From: Peribolospora baueri
Lineage: Eukaryota
DNA length: 64,000 nucleotides
Assembly (NCBI GenBank): GCA_029717555.1
Contig: JAMDHS010000022.1
Coordinates: 62,001 to 126,000 of the forward strand
Direction: 5' to 3'
Shown: positions 12,691 to 25,723 of the stretch, in pieces
Numbering within the stretch: the stretch's first letter is position 1
Layout: every line of letters begins with the position of its first letter
The notes under the pieces: generated by a model
Database searches by the model: none
Told to the model about the DNA's origin: nothing
What the model saw: only the letters and a program-made list of their open reading frames with translations
Translations under genes and position numbers: made by a program

Positions 12691-13126
12691 GATGGGCAAC
12701 GAGGGCGATGGGGCACGAAGAGGTAAGGACGAGGATGACTGCCACCAGGGCCAGTCGACCGGGGAAGGCTCAAATCCGCCTATCACCGATAAGGAGCGCA
12801 CGTTCGCCCCGAACTGCGGCGACATTGCTGAGCCACGAGCAAGTGGTCGAGGTCGACATCGTTAGTCGTCAATTGTTTCCTGGCGAACGACCGTTCGTTC
12901 GCTAACTTGGACATTCGCACACACCTTTTCTTTCCTATTCCGCGCTTGTTTCACTTTCTCAGGTCACGCACACTTACCGCCAGGGACCTCGACCGCGACA
13001 GGCATCCCAGGCGGCCATCCAAGCCCACTGGTGGGGCGCGGCACGACCGATCTTGGCACGACCTCGCTGCGAGCACCTTCCTTCCTTCCTTCCTTCCGTC
13101 CGTCGGTCCCCTCGCCCGCTCCCACC

Positions 13127-14924
13127 ATGGCCCCCTCGTTTACCTCTTCAGCCGATTCGGCCCTGATATCATCCGGGGGGAGCATTAAGACGCCCAAGAT
13201 GAAGCGCAAGAACAGCGCAGGCAACCTGCTCATCGCCCCAATTCAGTCCTCGCACGTCCCTGTCTCCTCTCCGAGTTCGACGTCCGGTCATGGACACAAC
13301 TCGCCGCCTACGTCCTCCGCCGGGCCGGCCTTTCCCATGGCACAGACACCCTCCAGAGCCTATGCTGCCACGGACGGCGCCTCTGTCCACTCTGATCTCG
13401 GGACCATCACCCCTTCGGCCGCGACGGCCAGCTCGGCAGCGCCCAGCATCACCTCGTTCCCGCAAACCCTCAGCGGGTGGAGTCCCCAGGCTGCGGAGCT
13501 GCTTCGAGAGCTGGTGCAGAAGAGGATCACAACATTCAACTATTTGAAGAAAGTGCACTTGGGGTGAGCGCTTTGCTGATTTGTCTTCGCTTGTTCCTGG
13601 AGACCACGACCGTGCCCCGTTAGGAATCTGACTGCTAATCCCCCATTCTCCATCTCACATGCACGCATACCAGACGCGTTCACTACTTCAACACGATCTT
13701 ACTGTCAAAGGAAGACCTCGCTGTGGCGTTTAACAACCAGAAAATGAAGAAGAGGTGCGCTTTGCCAAATCCTGTCAAGTGTCACCACTCTTTCTCCGGA
13801 CTGATTCGATGTCCTGTCCCGCACCATTCAGAATACTTCGTTTTACTGTGCTTGGCATGTCTCTCTCCACAATCCTTGAAATCTCTTCGCCCGTCGACTT
13901 CCTACGAGCCCTGCTCACTTTGCTTAGCGAGATGGATGCGGCGGAGAATAAGATGGACGAGGACTACAAGCCGAAGATGGTGAGCGGGCGTTTACAAGGA
14001 GACGACTTACTTTTCGTTGAGACATATTTACCTAACTCCTTTCTCTCCGTGCGGCCTTGATCTTGGTCTTCCCCTCTCTACTACCAGCGAAACTTCTTCA
14101 AATCGTCCAAGACGAACAAACGCCCGTCCACAGGTTGCAGCGACTACTCGGTGGAAGCTGGCACGGCGAACGCGAATGCAGGAGAATTTACCTACTTGTT
14201 CCAGGCGAACATGGTGAGAGAGGGATAAGGGAGGTTCGTGGCGATCAGTGAGCCGAATGGACGTTGACCACAAGCGTCGACTTTTGCACCGCCCGCTAGC
14301 CGTTCCAACTCGACTACTGTCAGGTGTTCTTGACGCTGTGCGACATGCTGTCTGAAGTCTACCAACGATTATCACGTTTCCTCGGCGCTCCACAACCGGC
14401 ACCGCCGGCAGCCGCATCTGCGCACCCACCACCTCCAATGAAAGGCGGCATCCTTTCGCCCACTGCCAGCGTCGCTTCTCCCAGTAGCATCATGGGCACG
14501 AACGCGAGCACGACAGGCAGCATCTCGAGCACGTCTGGTGCGTTCCCTGTGCCTCCCGGAAGTACCGCCTTCTCTTCCACAGAGGCCCTGGGAGATTTTG
14601 GCGCCGTTGGCACGGAGGAGGCAAGTTGGAAGGCACTGGACCCAGCTTGTGCGGATATGATGCTCAAGGCTGACGGCAAGTTGAAGGTGAGTTTCCCGAA
14701 AAGTCCTGGCATGGTAATCAAGACCGTCCATTCGCTCAACCGTGGACCTGGCCCCGCCGTTTTAATTGCCCCAGAAAATCCTTTCGACCGTCACAAAGGA
14801 GCTGGACGCCGTCGCGCGGGCGTTGATCAAGGAAGAACTAACGGTTCTAGACCCTTTGAGCAAAGACTTGGCGCCGTCTTCGGCTGTCACGCTGACGTCC
14901 CCCCCGGTGTGGGACGCGATGTGA
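13127..14924 (+). CDS. Probable conserved fungal protein of unknown function (multi-exon)
   Basis: Ser/Pro-rich N-terminus, then globular-looking exons ELVQKRITTFNYLKKVH-GRVHYFNTILLS, RFTVLGMSLSTIL, PFQLDYCQVFLTLCDMLSEVY and KADGKLKKILSTVTKELD. Splice phases are consistent; stop TGA at 14922-14924. Confidence 0.7.
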
Positions 14925-15471
14925 CGCTTTCTCCGTGCTTCGCCCGTTTGCACGAATCCGTTTGCCGCCTTCCGTCTTGTCCTTTCGCTTGCTGGGTTGT
15001 CTGTCGCTACATCTTGGGACCCTATGTCGCGTTCCTTTCAGTTCCGCATGTCATTCCTCTCCTCTCCACTTCACCGTAATTTTCTCCCCGGTTGCCTGTT
15101 GTCATTCTACACTGTACTTTTACCTGGGCACTCATCGCCCAAGGTCCCCGGTCCACCATCCCCTTTTCACCCTCCGGATCGCGGGCGCATTATATCCCTG
15201 CTTGGTTCCTTCCAGTCATCGCGGAATGCGGACCTGGGAACGATCATCGTTCTAAACGTTTCGAGAGTCAGACGGGACAGTTAGGAAGGTTGTGGCGAGA
15301 GAAAAGCAACGTTGATAGACCTGTTGGTTGGGATAAAACGTGCCAAGAGCAGTGGTCAGGTTCAGGCACGGTGCTACATCGGTAGCACTCGCGCTTGCAC
15401 TTCATTTCTCCATCAGAGAGTACAGTTTGTGGTGCGAGTCGGAGACAAGAAGGCACACACACCGTACCGCA

Positions 15472-15849
15472 TCAAGTCTGTCTCTCGTCGCTTGAAGACG
15501 TCCGCCACTGGCTTGTCAGTCCGTCCCATGCCCGTCCCGCCAACCGACCCCACTGCGCGCTCTCCACGCCGTGCACGAACGACTCCAGCTTGGCGTTCCA
15601 AACTGCCTTGGCGCCCTCCTTGAGGCTGGAGGCCCGGAGGGCGAGAGGTACATCGGAGGCGGACGACGACGACAGTTGCGCGTGCGAGTTAGGCGGGTGG
15701 TCGCGGGAGAGAGAGGTCAGCTGTTGGGAGCAGGCGCGCACGTCCGAGGTGAGGAGCTCGGTGCGGGTGGAAATGGTGTGGCGGAAGGCGTAGAAGAGCG
15801 TCGCTGATACGAAAGCGCCGGAGAGAGGCGCGAGGAGGAGAGCGCTCAT
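15472..15849 (-). CDS. Small mitochondrial membrane protein, MICOS Mic12/Aim5-like (125 aa)
   Basis: Single exon. N-terminal hydrophobic helix LAPLSGAFVSATLFYAF and later helical segment SLKEGAKAVWNAKLESFV..W, resembling the Mic12 K..WN motif. Confidence 0.55.
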   Translation of the reverse strand: MSALLLAPLSGAFVSATLFYAFRHTISTRTELLTSDVRACSQQLTSLSRDHPPNSHAQLSSSSASDVPLALRASSLKEGAKAVWNAKLESFVHGVESAQWGRLAGRAWDGLTSQWRTSSSDERQT

Positions 15850-16008
15850 GGCGGGCGGCGGCAGGGGTGATGGTGATGGTGGTGTTGGTGTTGGTGTTGG
15901 TGACGAGCGCCGGTTGCCCGGCTGTGATCGAAGCCGTCGCCGACTCGGCAATTCTTCTTCTTCCTTCCGTCACACCATCCGCCCTCTTCACCTTCTTCTC
16001 CCATCGCC

Positions 16009-17836
16009 ATGTCGGCTCGTCATACTCGTGCGGTTCGCTCTGTCGCCGCTCAGCTCACGGCCGTCAGTCGCAGTCGGCCTGTGATCCGGTCGTCATTCCC
16101 GCTGCGACCAGTGGACGGCGGCCTCAGCTCGCCTTTTGCGTCTCCCGCCAACGTACAACGAAGAACGCTCTTCGGCGGTCTATTCGGCTCGAAGAAGAAA
16201 GGGAAGGACAGCTTTGCCTCTCGGAAGCTCGAGCCGGTGCTCGCACAAGACGACCTCTTCCACCCTTTCTCCCAATCCCCCTTCGCCGCCGTCCGTGCCC
16301 GCGGCGAGCGGGTGACCTCCCAGGCTCCGTGTCCGGTGTGTCTGGAGGAGCACGGGGAGAGGAGACCGGCGCAGTACGAGTGTCCGGATTGTGGCTGGCC
16401 CACGCATTGCAGTCCGCATCACCACGGAGAGGACACGGAGCATGCGCGCTATTGCCCTCAGCTCAGGCAAGCGAACGAGGACGAGCATGACCTGAGAAGC
16501 GGGAGGGCGATGGCTGAATTTGAGATGCCGGGTGAGTGCCAGGTCCCCATTATGTCGGCATGATTAAGTTCTTAATTGATCCTTCCTTCCTTCCTCATTT
16601 CCGTCTTCTTCGTATACGAAAGGCGACCAACCGTATGAAGAAGCAGTGAACATGGCCAATTGGGACCTTCTCTTATACACGCGCAATTTTAACTCGGTCG
16701 AGTCGGAGCGTTCCAAACGGCATGTTACCAAGCTGCTCACTTTCCCCATCAGCGTTGGCGGCATCTTGCATCAGAACAGCCCTTACACCACCCGTAATCA
16801 GAGGCTGACCCACGAAGGCTTGCGGTCGCTCGCCGGTGAGTCCATGCTGTGGTGTGCCTGGGATTGAAGCCGGGTCGTCTCGGAATGGTCTGACACGATG
16901 TCCGCGGGGCTTTTACTGCCTCCACCAGCTCTCCGCACCATCCTTCACCCGCCCTTGGGCAGGAAGGGCGAGCCAGAAACCGTCCGTCTCTTCATTCTTG
17001 GGGCGAGGGCAGAGTCGTCGCTGCCGGTGCACGTCTGGGAGCAGATCAGCCATCTTTTCCCCGGAGTGCCATTCCACATTTTCTTGATCGGACCGGAGGC
17101 TTCGTTTCCGGCCTCTCAGGCTCCTTTCGCTGCACCTCGACCTTCGACAGGTTCAACCTCGTCCACTCCATCATCGCCATCCTCCTCCTCCCCCTCGTCG
17201 TCTTCTGCGGGCGGCTCCAACTCGGCCGGCGAGCTCTCGACGTCGGCGTCCTCACCCTCAGGTCGGGATCACATCAAAGAAGTCAACTACGGTGTCCCCT
17301 CGCGAACGATCGTCGCCTCCGAGTTCCTCACCCTGACTGTCCTTCAGACGCCCTACGAGATGATCCACGAACAGTTCGCCCCTTTCGACCCATACACCGA
17401 CGCCTTCTTCGCCTTCTCCCCGGGCTTCGGCTTCCCTTCGCAGCGCACCGCGCCGTTGGCTGACGCCGTCGTTGCCACCGAGGTGTCTGCCGAGCGGTCG
17501 GACGTGGAGACCCCGCCGTCGCCGCCAATGGTGCAAGCGCAAGCGGAATGGGCGCAAGCGATCGCACAGATCCTGGGTACCAAGTGCGCGCTCTTCAACT
17601 TTGGCTTCTCCCCCGCGGACGTGGAACGTGACGTGCGCGCGTTCACCTCGGTGCCTGGCGTCGCGGGCGAGTTCGACTGGGTGGTGCACCCTGGGGAGAA
17701 CGTGTTCGCGAGCCAGAAGCTGGAGATTGCCGAGTTTGACCCGAGGGTGCAGGTCAAGGCCAATTGGGGCGTTTGGGGCGTCAGGGGCAAGCGATACGAG
17801 GTGTCTCAAGGGGAGGAAGAGGAGATGGCGGTGTGA
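16009..17836 (+). CDS. MSS51: Mitochondrial COX1 translation/assembly factor Mss51
   Basis: Arg-rich presequence. zf-Mss51 motif CPVC...CPDCGWPTHCS...C..LRQANEDEHDLRSGR..EFE.P, then NWDLLLYTRNF, LFILGARAESSLP, FDPYTDAF and ANWGVWGVRGKRY. Introns ~16532-16622 and ~16836-16928. Confidence 0.92.
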
Positions 17837-18068
17837 AGGGGGGGGGGGGGGAAGTGCAGCGGAGTATCGCACCGTCCTAGCTAGCGGAATGTAACAAGGC
17901 TTGACTGGAAATCCACATGCGAATCATAATGGATTCTCTCCACGTCTCACACCCATTCCGCCATTCCACATGCACTTGCACGAAATCTACATTGTCTAGG
18001 AGCCAAGTAAGTGAGGAGAAACAGCAAAGGGCCCATCGCACGCGAGCCGAGAATCCAAGCTAAACAGA

Positions 18069-20041
18069 CTACCAGATGGAGCGAAAGGCGCCAAAGACAA
18101 AGTTGGCGGCCATGGCCATGACGACGGCGACCTGCATCCTCTTGCTGAAGACGACAGAGGCGCCAGTGCGATGGTTGGACATGTCATCCTCCTCCACGTC
18201 GTCGTCGTCATCGTCGTCCACGGCCGAAGTGCGATCACGAAAGAAGAAGAGAGGCGTCTGGAGGGAGAATGTAAGCGACGCCGGGATGCGACAGGAGAGA
18301 AGGAAGGAGGGCCTTCGATCGGTACGAAGACGAGCTCGATATGGGCCGCACTGAAAAAGGCGAGGCCCAAACCCCTGGCTTGGGGACCGACTCACCAAGG
18401 GGAAGAAGAATCCGGTTAGAAGGCCTTGGAGGACGGTGACGTACATGCCCTCGGTGGAGGTGCCGGCCTCTGCAGCGCCCTCTCCGGACATGTCATCGAT
18501 CCATTGCTAGAAAACATCGCGTCAGAGGGAAGAGAGTGGGTTAGAGACAAACTTTATAATCGCGCCAGAAGAGAGGCGACCTAGTCAAGATGAGGTGAGA
18601 AGGAAAAAAGGGGAGCCCACCTCTTCCAATGCTCGAGCGTGTTCGTCGTCTGTACGAACGGACGGGGGAGGAAAAAAAGCAACATCTAGCGAATTGCTCG
18701 AGGAGAACAGAAGGAAGAAGAACACGCAGACACTCCTCACCTTGTTCATCATCCAACGTGCCCCCGATCCTGCCCTCCCCAGCGGCGGAGGAGTTATGGA
18801 ACTGCCTGCGGATATCCTCGATGTCTTCCTCGGAAAACCCGGCCGTGCGCAGGCGATCAAAGCCGCGGACGGGGCGGAGTTGAGTGGTCTGGCAATCCGG
18901 AAGAAGGAGAATGGGTAATAAGGACCGACGTGCGCTTCTCGACGTGCGCACTGCCGAAATCGGCTGCCGCGTAAGATGAACCGAGTCGAGAGGCGCGAAG
19001 GAAGGACTGACCTGCTCCCTTTCCACCGCCTCCTCTCCCTCCTCCATCACGTCGCCAACGGAACACTGCAAATACACCTTCGGCTTATCTTTCTTCTCTC
19101 TCTTCTTCGCCGCCTCCCTCGCGTCACCGCCATTGCGGTCCTCTTCCTCCCCCTCCCCTTCCACCCCCGCCATCTCCTCGATAGCCGCCATGAGCTCCCC
19201 AGCGGCGGACCTACGGGCCCTCTCAGCCTGGCGACGCTGCTTCGCTTCAAGCTGATCAAGCCAAGAAGCGAGCAACGTCCCGTCGGAGAGGATTCGTCCG
19301 GAATGGATGAGTCGGAGACGGCGCTGAGAGAGCTGCCGGTGGAGGTTTCGGATCTGGTGTTTGGAAAAGCCGGCGGACAGGGTGAGATGGCACACATGGA
19401 CGAGATTGTGCATCGTGCGGAAAGGACACACAAGTAGGCGTCCAAACCAACGATTCGATGCCACCCATGTCATCTCGTCATCTACGCACCTTCTGCTTCA
19501 CAGCCCTGACGCTCTCCTCGAATCCGATTGTCACGTTCAAGTCCTCTGAGCCGTCCGTGAAGCGCACCGTCACAGCCCTTTGCGGCGGAGGCGGCAGCGA
19601 CGGCCGAGAGAGGTGTTGAATGTCCGTTGCACCGGCGTCGCTAATGTCTGCCTTGGAAACGTCGCCGTCGGTATCCCAAGCCCTCCTCATGCGCCTTGTC
19701 GTCGTGTAAGCGCCCGTACCCTCTGAGGCGGACCTCCGTCTCTCGTCTGCTCCCATCTCTTCAAGGCCTTTCGTACCCGCCTCGTCCGCATCTACGCCTA
19801 CGTCATCCGTAGCGCGCTGTTTGCCCTTGGCCTTTGCGCTCATCCCTGTCCTCGCCCCCGCCGCTGCCCCATCCGAATCTGCGCCAGTGTCGCCGTGCGC
19901 AGTGGCGCTCCCGTTCGCGTCGGCGGAGTGCACGCTCGACGAGGCGGCGGTGGTGTCGGCCAAAAAGAGACCTCGTTCAAGGTCGGCCTGTGCAGCGTCG
20001 GTCGCGGCGCCTCGCCTCGTCGTGTCTCCTTGCTCTGACAT
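18069..20041 (-). CDS. DSC3: DSC E3 ubiquitin ligase complex subunit 3 (DUF2407 ubiquitin-like)
   Basis: VTVRFTDGSEDL, RLRLIHSGRIL, VYLQCSVGD, RGFDRLRTAGFSEEDIEDIRRQFH, ALEEQWID, and C-terminal TM segments LQGLLTGFFFPL and VFSKRMQVAV. Confidence 0.88.
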
Positions 20042-20587
20042 GCTAGCAAACGAGCTGGCTTCCTACCTCGCTCACTCTTGCGAAGGACGGCCGACGGCGT
20101 GCGTCTCCCCCGAATCACGTGCCGCAACGTCGGGGCGGCTGCGGCGACGGGTGCATGTGCGTAGTGACGTGATGCAAGCGTGTCTGTGCCATCCCGAACG
20201 TGATCAGCACATTGTCAATCAACATTGTCGGCGTAGTCAAGCAGCTACCTGCATGCACAGGGCTATCGAGAAGCGACAGCCGAGGTGCGAGAGAGGACGA
20301 TGGAGAGGGGGCCGATGGGGAGTGCACCGAGGAGGGCTGTACGAGCTGACGGGCGCCGCAAGTCGTTCGTGCTATGGCATCCTTTACGGAGACGGTAACG
20401 GCCTAAATGAATGGGGTCGGTCCAACTGGCGCCGACCGCCGTCATCGAGCGCGGAGTCGACCTGGAGATGAGGTCGAGTACAATCGGGCCAAGCGAAGCC
20501 AAGTCAAATCAAGTCAAATCAACAATCAACTGACGCTTCCAGGGCGAATCTACAGGTCGCGTTCCGCCCACGCGTCCTCCCCCTGAG

Positions 20588-20597
20588 CATAAATAAA
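20588..20597 (+). promoter_or_regulatory. TATA-like element upstream of the microprotein gene
   Basis: CATAAATAAA in GC-rich context ~140 nt before ATG 20733, followed by a CT-rich leader. Confidence 0.4.
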
Positions 20598-20732
20598 GCG
20601 ACCACCCTCCCGCCGTTGTGCTCCATCCTGCTCATTCCACAACCCGCGTCTCCGTCGCACACCTCTCCATTTCTCATCTCTCCATCTATCCTCTACAAAG
20701 CTTCTCCGCCACCTCATATACCTCAGCCCACC

Positions 20733-21113
20733 ATGTCCTCTTCCACTGACGATATCCCTATCAAGGCCGCTGGCTCGTACGATTTTGCCAACGCCGACCC
20801 AGAGACGGGCAAAGTCGGTGAGTGTCCTGGCCCTCCGTACGTCCAGACGTGTTTGCGGACGGACGATGAATGGAGTTCTGTCTATGAGGGGAGGAAGAAA
20901 AAAGGGGACGAGCACTCGCTGATGATCGACCGGCCGACTTCACCGCCGCTTCCCTCTTCCTACCTTCTCCAACGCCCCTACTCGGCCCTTGACGACATCC
21001 CAGATCCGATGGCGAAAGGCTACGGCGCGCACGTCGAGGAGGACCTCGAGGCGCGCAAGAAGGTGGAGGAGGAGCAGCCCCAGTCCAAGCAGGAGGGGGC
21101 GAAGGAGCAGTGA
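20733..21113 (+). CDS. Small hydrophilic protein (64 aa) of unknown function
   Basis: CCACCATG start. Exons 20733-20817 and 21004-21113 (intron GTGAGT..CCCAG) give MSSSTDDIPIKAAGSYDFANADPETGKVDPMAKGYGAHVEEDLEARKKVEEEQPQSKQEGAKEQ*, with GC3-rich codon use. Confidence 0.65.
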   Translation: MSSSTDDIPIKAAGSYDFANADPETGKVGECPGPPYVQTCLRTDDEWSSVYEGRKKKGDEHSLMIDRPTSPPLPSSYLLQRPYSALDDIPDPMAKGYGAHVEEDLEARKKVEEEQPQSKQEGAKEQ

Positions 21114-22059
21114 GAGGTGACTAACTCGCCGAAGGGCAAGGACAGGATCTTCCAGGTGGACCGAGAGCGATGTCGACAGTGTGGCGGATGGAGCGATGGA
21201 CAGGCGAGGTAAGTGAGACACTCAATTCAGCACCTATCGGTACCCCGTAAGGACAGAGGCGACGGGACAAAGCAGACGGTGCTCACACCCGTCCATGCAA
21301 ACTCCCTTCCTCCATCGCTGCTTCCATATCGCACCGAACGCAGACCACTCTCTTCCTTGCCCCCCGTCGTCCGTCCATACCACCGGTGCAAACCGACTGC
21401 CGGCTCACCCCGTTCTTCTCTCAGCTCTCAAGGCCCTCCGAGCCCTTCCGCACAGCTGACCTGTCACCCGCTCATCCCTTTCCACCTCCCATCCCTCCCC
21501 AGCCACGCGCGCAGCGTTTCGACGACCGTTCGTTCTTTCCCCGTTCAACGCTTCAGTTTAGTTCATACCTTCATACCTAGTGCCTCCCTCTATTCGCGAG
21601 CGAGGTCTCCTCTCTTTTCCCATTCCCCTTATACCTCCCTTCATCGGGTCCATCCATCTCCCCCGCATCTCCCCATCGACCTCTTCTAGTCAGTCGTTCA
21701 TCTCCACAATCGTCCGCTCTTTGACGTTCAGATGAGCCTGACGATCGAACGGAGTCGCGATGGTCTCCTTCTCCCTCTGTTGTTTCGTCCGTCCTTTTAC
21801 GAAATGAAATCGAAACGTGTTCTCCATTTCATAACACGTTACGATCGTCATCGTCGTCGCTGTCTGGCTCGCTTGATCGTTTTTCAAAAGGGGGGACAAG
21901 GCCTTACGGGTACTGGATATGACGGATCGCGGCGCGAAGGGGGGGTATGACATTCGATACATTACGGCACGAAGCACTGATCGCTGGGACAGAGAAGGAC
22001 AAGGGAGGACGACGAACAGAGACGGATGGGGACAAAAAAAAGCTGACCAGGTATAGACT

Positions 22060-24391
22060 GCACTAGACAGGCGACGTCGATGCCGATCGACGTCGACTGG
22101 GCTGGGCTGGGCGAACGGCAACACAACAAACCACAGACGCACACGCAGACCATGCCGAAGACTGCAAAACGTTCTCGTCCAAGCGCGAGACAGGGCCAGA
22201 GCGCACACGCCCTCACGTTTCTCCAAAGCTGACCCCCCAGCCGACGGGGCCCCACCCCTCCCTCTCCTCATCCAACAGCCGCTCACCCTCCCTCCTCGCC
22301 GCCTCGATCAGCCAGGGCACGGCGGAGTCGAGGTCGTGCCAGCTGAGGCTGACGATTTTGGCGTCCTGAGTGTCGGACGCGCGAGAAGAGCCTACGGAGG
22401 AGGCGGTGGGCAGGGTTATGGACGTCGGCGGGTGCAGATATGCAGCGCGGAGTTCGGCGACGATGCTGGGGCACGAGGTCCAAGACAGGGTGCGGAAAGG
22501 CGAGCCCGAACCCACAATCCGAGGGAGGATGTCAGTGGCCAATGTCAAGCCAGCCGACGAGGAAGTAACCTGGAGCACGCACGCCCAAAAAAGAACAACT
22601 CACATGACTGGCCCCACATACCGATCCGTGCTCCCCTCCCACTCCTTTCCGACACCGTGAAACAGAGCGGCTGCGAGGCGGTTTTCATTGAACAAAGGAG
22701 GACGATTGAGCATGGTGACCGAACCGTCTTTGTCGCATTGGAAGCGCAGGTCGTCGTCGGGTCGGGGCAACGTGAAGTAGGCACGGTATTGGACGTCGGG
22801 GAGGGCGTGGACGACCTGATGTGGCATAAAAAAGATGAGAGATGGAGCGTAAGTGTACGGTCTGTCAGTGGCCGCGACCAGAAGGAATGGACGCACTCAC
22901 TTGAGTGAAATATGGGAGGCGTGCCACCCCATTCTGACTCCTAAAAAGGATTATCAAGCCAAGCAGTAAGCGCTCGAATGAGCATAACCAGTGGATGGCG
23001 GGTAATTACGGGCCCCGTCTCCTTCTTTGTCTCCCCGGCCCGGATAGATGAGCCTCACCTCAAATCCCTCCACAGATTAGCCACGTTCAGTCCGCGCGAG
23101 GTCGCCCTGTCCACCGTGATGCTGGCTTTGGTGACCCTCTGAGGCTGCATCGATCCGCTGCTACCATTCACCCCCTCCCTGCCTTCCTCTCCTCCTCTAA
23201 CCGTCCCATTCCCGCTCGCGCTTGGAGGCACAGCAGCGGGGCCACGCTGATTGGGCAAAGCGATAGGCTTACGATGAAGGGTGATGTACGTCGTCCAAGC
23301 TCCGGATATGGCCGAGGAGATTGTTTGCGTAGTTCCGCCCGCCGTGGGTGGCACAGTGGGCGAGGGGTCATGAGGATGGTGAAGAGGATGTGGCAGGCGT
23401 CCGCTCGCGATTCGATTGCAGCCTGGAACTTGGCGCCGGTGTTCGAGCGATACCAGCGTCCTGGACGAGTTAAACGAGGGCGCAAGAAAAGGGTGGAGTG
23501 GGGGGTCAGACGCAAAAAAGGACTCGAGCAGTTGATGAAATATACTGTGTTTGCTTTCAAACAAACAAAAAGAGATACTCGCCGGTAGTATGTAGACTTC
23601 CATCGTTTCCTGAGCCCACTGGGCAGCTCAGTGACGCGCTTATCTTCCTGACGCTGCTGCTGTCGCGGCCCTTCCGTCTCCGATACTGTCCCAGGACCCG
23701 TCCAGCTCATAGGGAACCTAACCTCGCACACCTTCCTCCAATCGGCCTCGGAGATTCTCGGAACCTCAATCTCGTATAATGCCCACTCTGGCGTAATGCG
23801 CGTAAGCACTCCGTGCTTGAAATCCGTGAATGCGCGCGTGGGGACGATGTCGGGGGAAAAGGCGCCGAGGACGGCGAGGAGGTGAAGCTCCTTCTTTAAT
23901 GACGACTTGAGCACCGACGCCGTGCGAGCCGCGTCCCTGGAAACCCAATCTTCGGAAGGAGGATCCCAAACATTCCTCCTAAGAAACTGATGCAGAAGAT
24001 CAATCCCGTGCTCGATAGCGGGCAGCCAGGTGCTCAAGGCGGGGTTAGCGCACACGGCACGGAAATGGGGGTGGGTGTGGCAGATGGAGAAGAGATCGGA
24101 GAGGCTGTTGGTGAGGGAAAAGATGTACGCCAGTATCTCCACGGGCTGGCTAAGAATCGGGGATTTCGAGATCATAGGGAGCGCGTAAGGCTTCCGAGCA
24201 GAGACTGAGCGGGTATAGGAGGACGCTGAGGTGGCGGGTGAAGGTGGGAAAGGAAGCGGGTGAGGAGGAAGTGAGATGACAGGCTGGGAAGAGGTAAAGA
24301 AAAAGCTCGTAGGAGGAATAGAGGCAGGCGCGGAAGCGGTCTGGGAAGAAGGGAGTGATGTTGACGGCGGCGTATGGCGAGAGAGGGTCAT
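22060..24391 (-). CDS. F-box-like domain protein (multi-exon; 3' end approximate)
   Basis: ATG 24391. F-box-like ILSQPVEILAYIFSLTNSLSDLFSICHTHPHFRAVC, then WRKVCEVRFP.SW and KRWKSTYYR. Further exons extend to ~22200; the final exon and stop are not resolved. Confidence 0.6.
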
Positions 24392-25723
24392 AGGTGCAAG
24401 GCAGACGCAGGAGGGAGAGCGGGAGCGGACGTCAGGGGACTCAGAGGAGGAGAGACAGGCACAGAACGACAGAAGACGGTGGTGCTGTTGATGGTGCTGA
24501 TGGGGATGGGAATGGAAGCAGTAGATATGCTGCTGCTGCTGGCGCTGTCCGAACATGACCGACGATTGATTGCCTGTTCCCGCAAGCTTGTAGTCGTGCT
24601 GGGCGACCAGGGTGAAGGCGATGCAGATGTTCGGTGCTGTTGTCTCAAAACGCACGTCACTCCATATACCTTCTCCACCCTACGCCCGATGTCATCTCCT
24701 GAACTGGATGATCTTGCCGCTGCCGCTGCCGCCGCGGTCGCTGTCGTCGTTGTTGTTGTTGTTCCTTGTCGTCGTTTGTGTACGAACCGTAGGCTTATTT
24801 GGCACTGGTGATCGAGCGCCTATCACCGGTGAGTGGCCCGTGCGAGGCGTCCGTTGAGTCCTATGGCCGCCCTCCGCGCTATATGACGGACACCCATCGG
24901 CTCTTGGGTCTGCGACGATGTAGGCCATCGTCTCCTCGATCTGATTCATGTGTGTCCATCAGGCGGGCATGCAAAATACATAGCGCGGACGAGGACGGTC
25001 CCGAGGACGACAACCCGTGCGTTCGCAGGCTACACCTGCACGTTCTCTCTCGCGCCTCTCCCGAGTCCATGGAGGCCGAAGGCGAGACTACGACTACTCG
25101 GAAGGGACGGGCATCCGTGACGGTTTCCAAGTATCGCACCAGGCTGACCTCGGAACTCTAAAACGCGGTGGCGGATCGTCGCCGGCTGACGCGGTCCTCA
25201 TCCCGGACCTTCAAGAGAGGGACGTGTCCGTGTGCTTCGAAAGGGATGTCAGGCAGGCGCTCGAGGCGGCCGGGGTATCCGCTTCCAAGATCCTTTCGGA
25301 GAGTTTCGCGTACTGATTTCGTCCTTGTGGATGATCCGCCAGCGTTGTGTCCACGGACGCGGACGGCGATGTGTACAGGTTCTAGGCTTCGGATGTGAAG
25401 GCGAGATGGAAATCCCCGTGCTCTCAGTCACACACGAAAGCAGATCTCCACGCGCGCCTGCCGTCTAGTTCGTTGCTCCCGTCGTCCGCTATTTCATTCA
25501 GCATTTCCAATCGTACACAGGTTGCCAGAGCGTCACCGAGGGGATCATGACGACAAACTTCGAGCGTTGATGACAGAACACGGTGGGGACAAAAATAAAG
25601 GAAAGAGGTCTCGAGCAAAGGAGCGCGGGTCGCGCGCGGGGTCGAGCAGAGCAAAAGCTAGTATCACCGAGGGAACCCGTGGAGAACCGAGAGCTGGGAT
25701 GTGCAGGACCCACACCCACCGGA

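Noticed and set aside
24392..24655. N-terminal extension of the 495-aa ORF (23168-24655)
   Set aside because: It begins at a non-ATG codon and is simple-repeat rich (CAG/CAT). It is more likely 5' UTR upstream of ATG 24391.
24799..25470. Short ORFs between the F-box gene and the MFS gene (e.g. 25017-25316)
   Set aside because: No convincing ATG or splice structure and no recognisable motif. A small gene or relic cannot be fully excluded.
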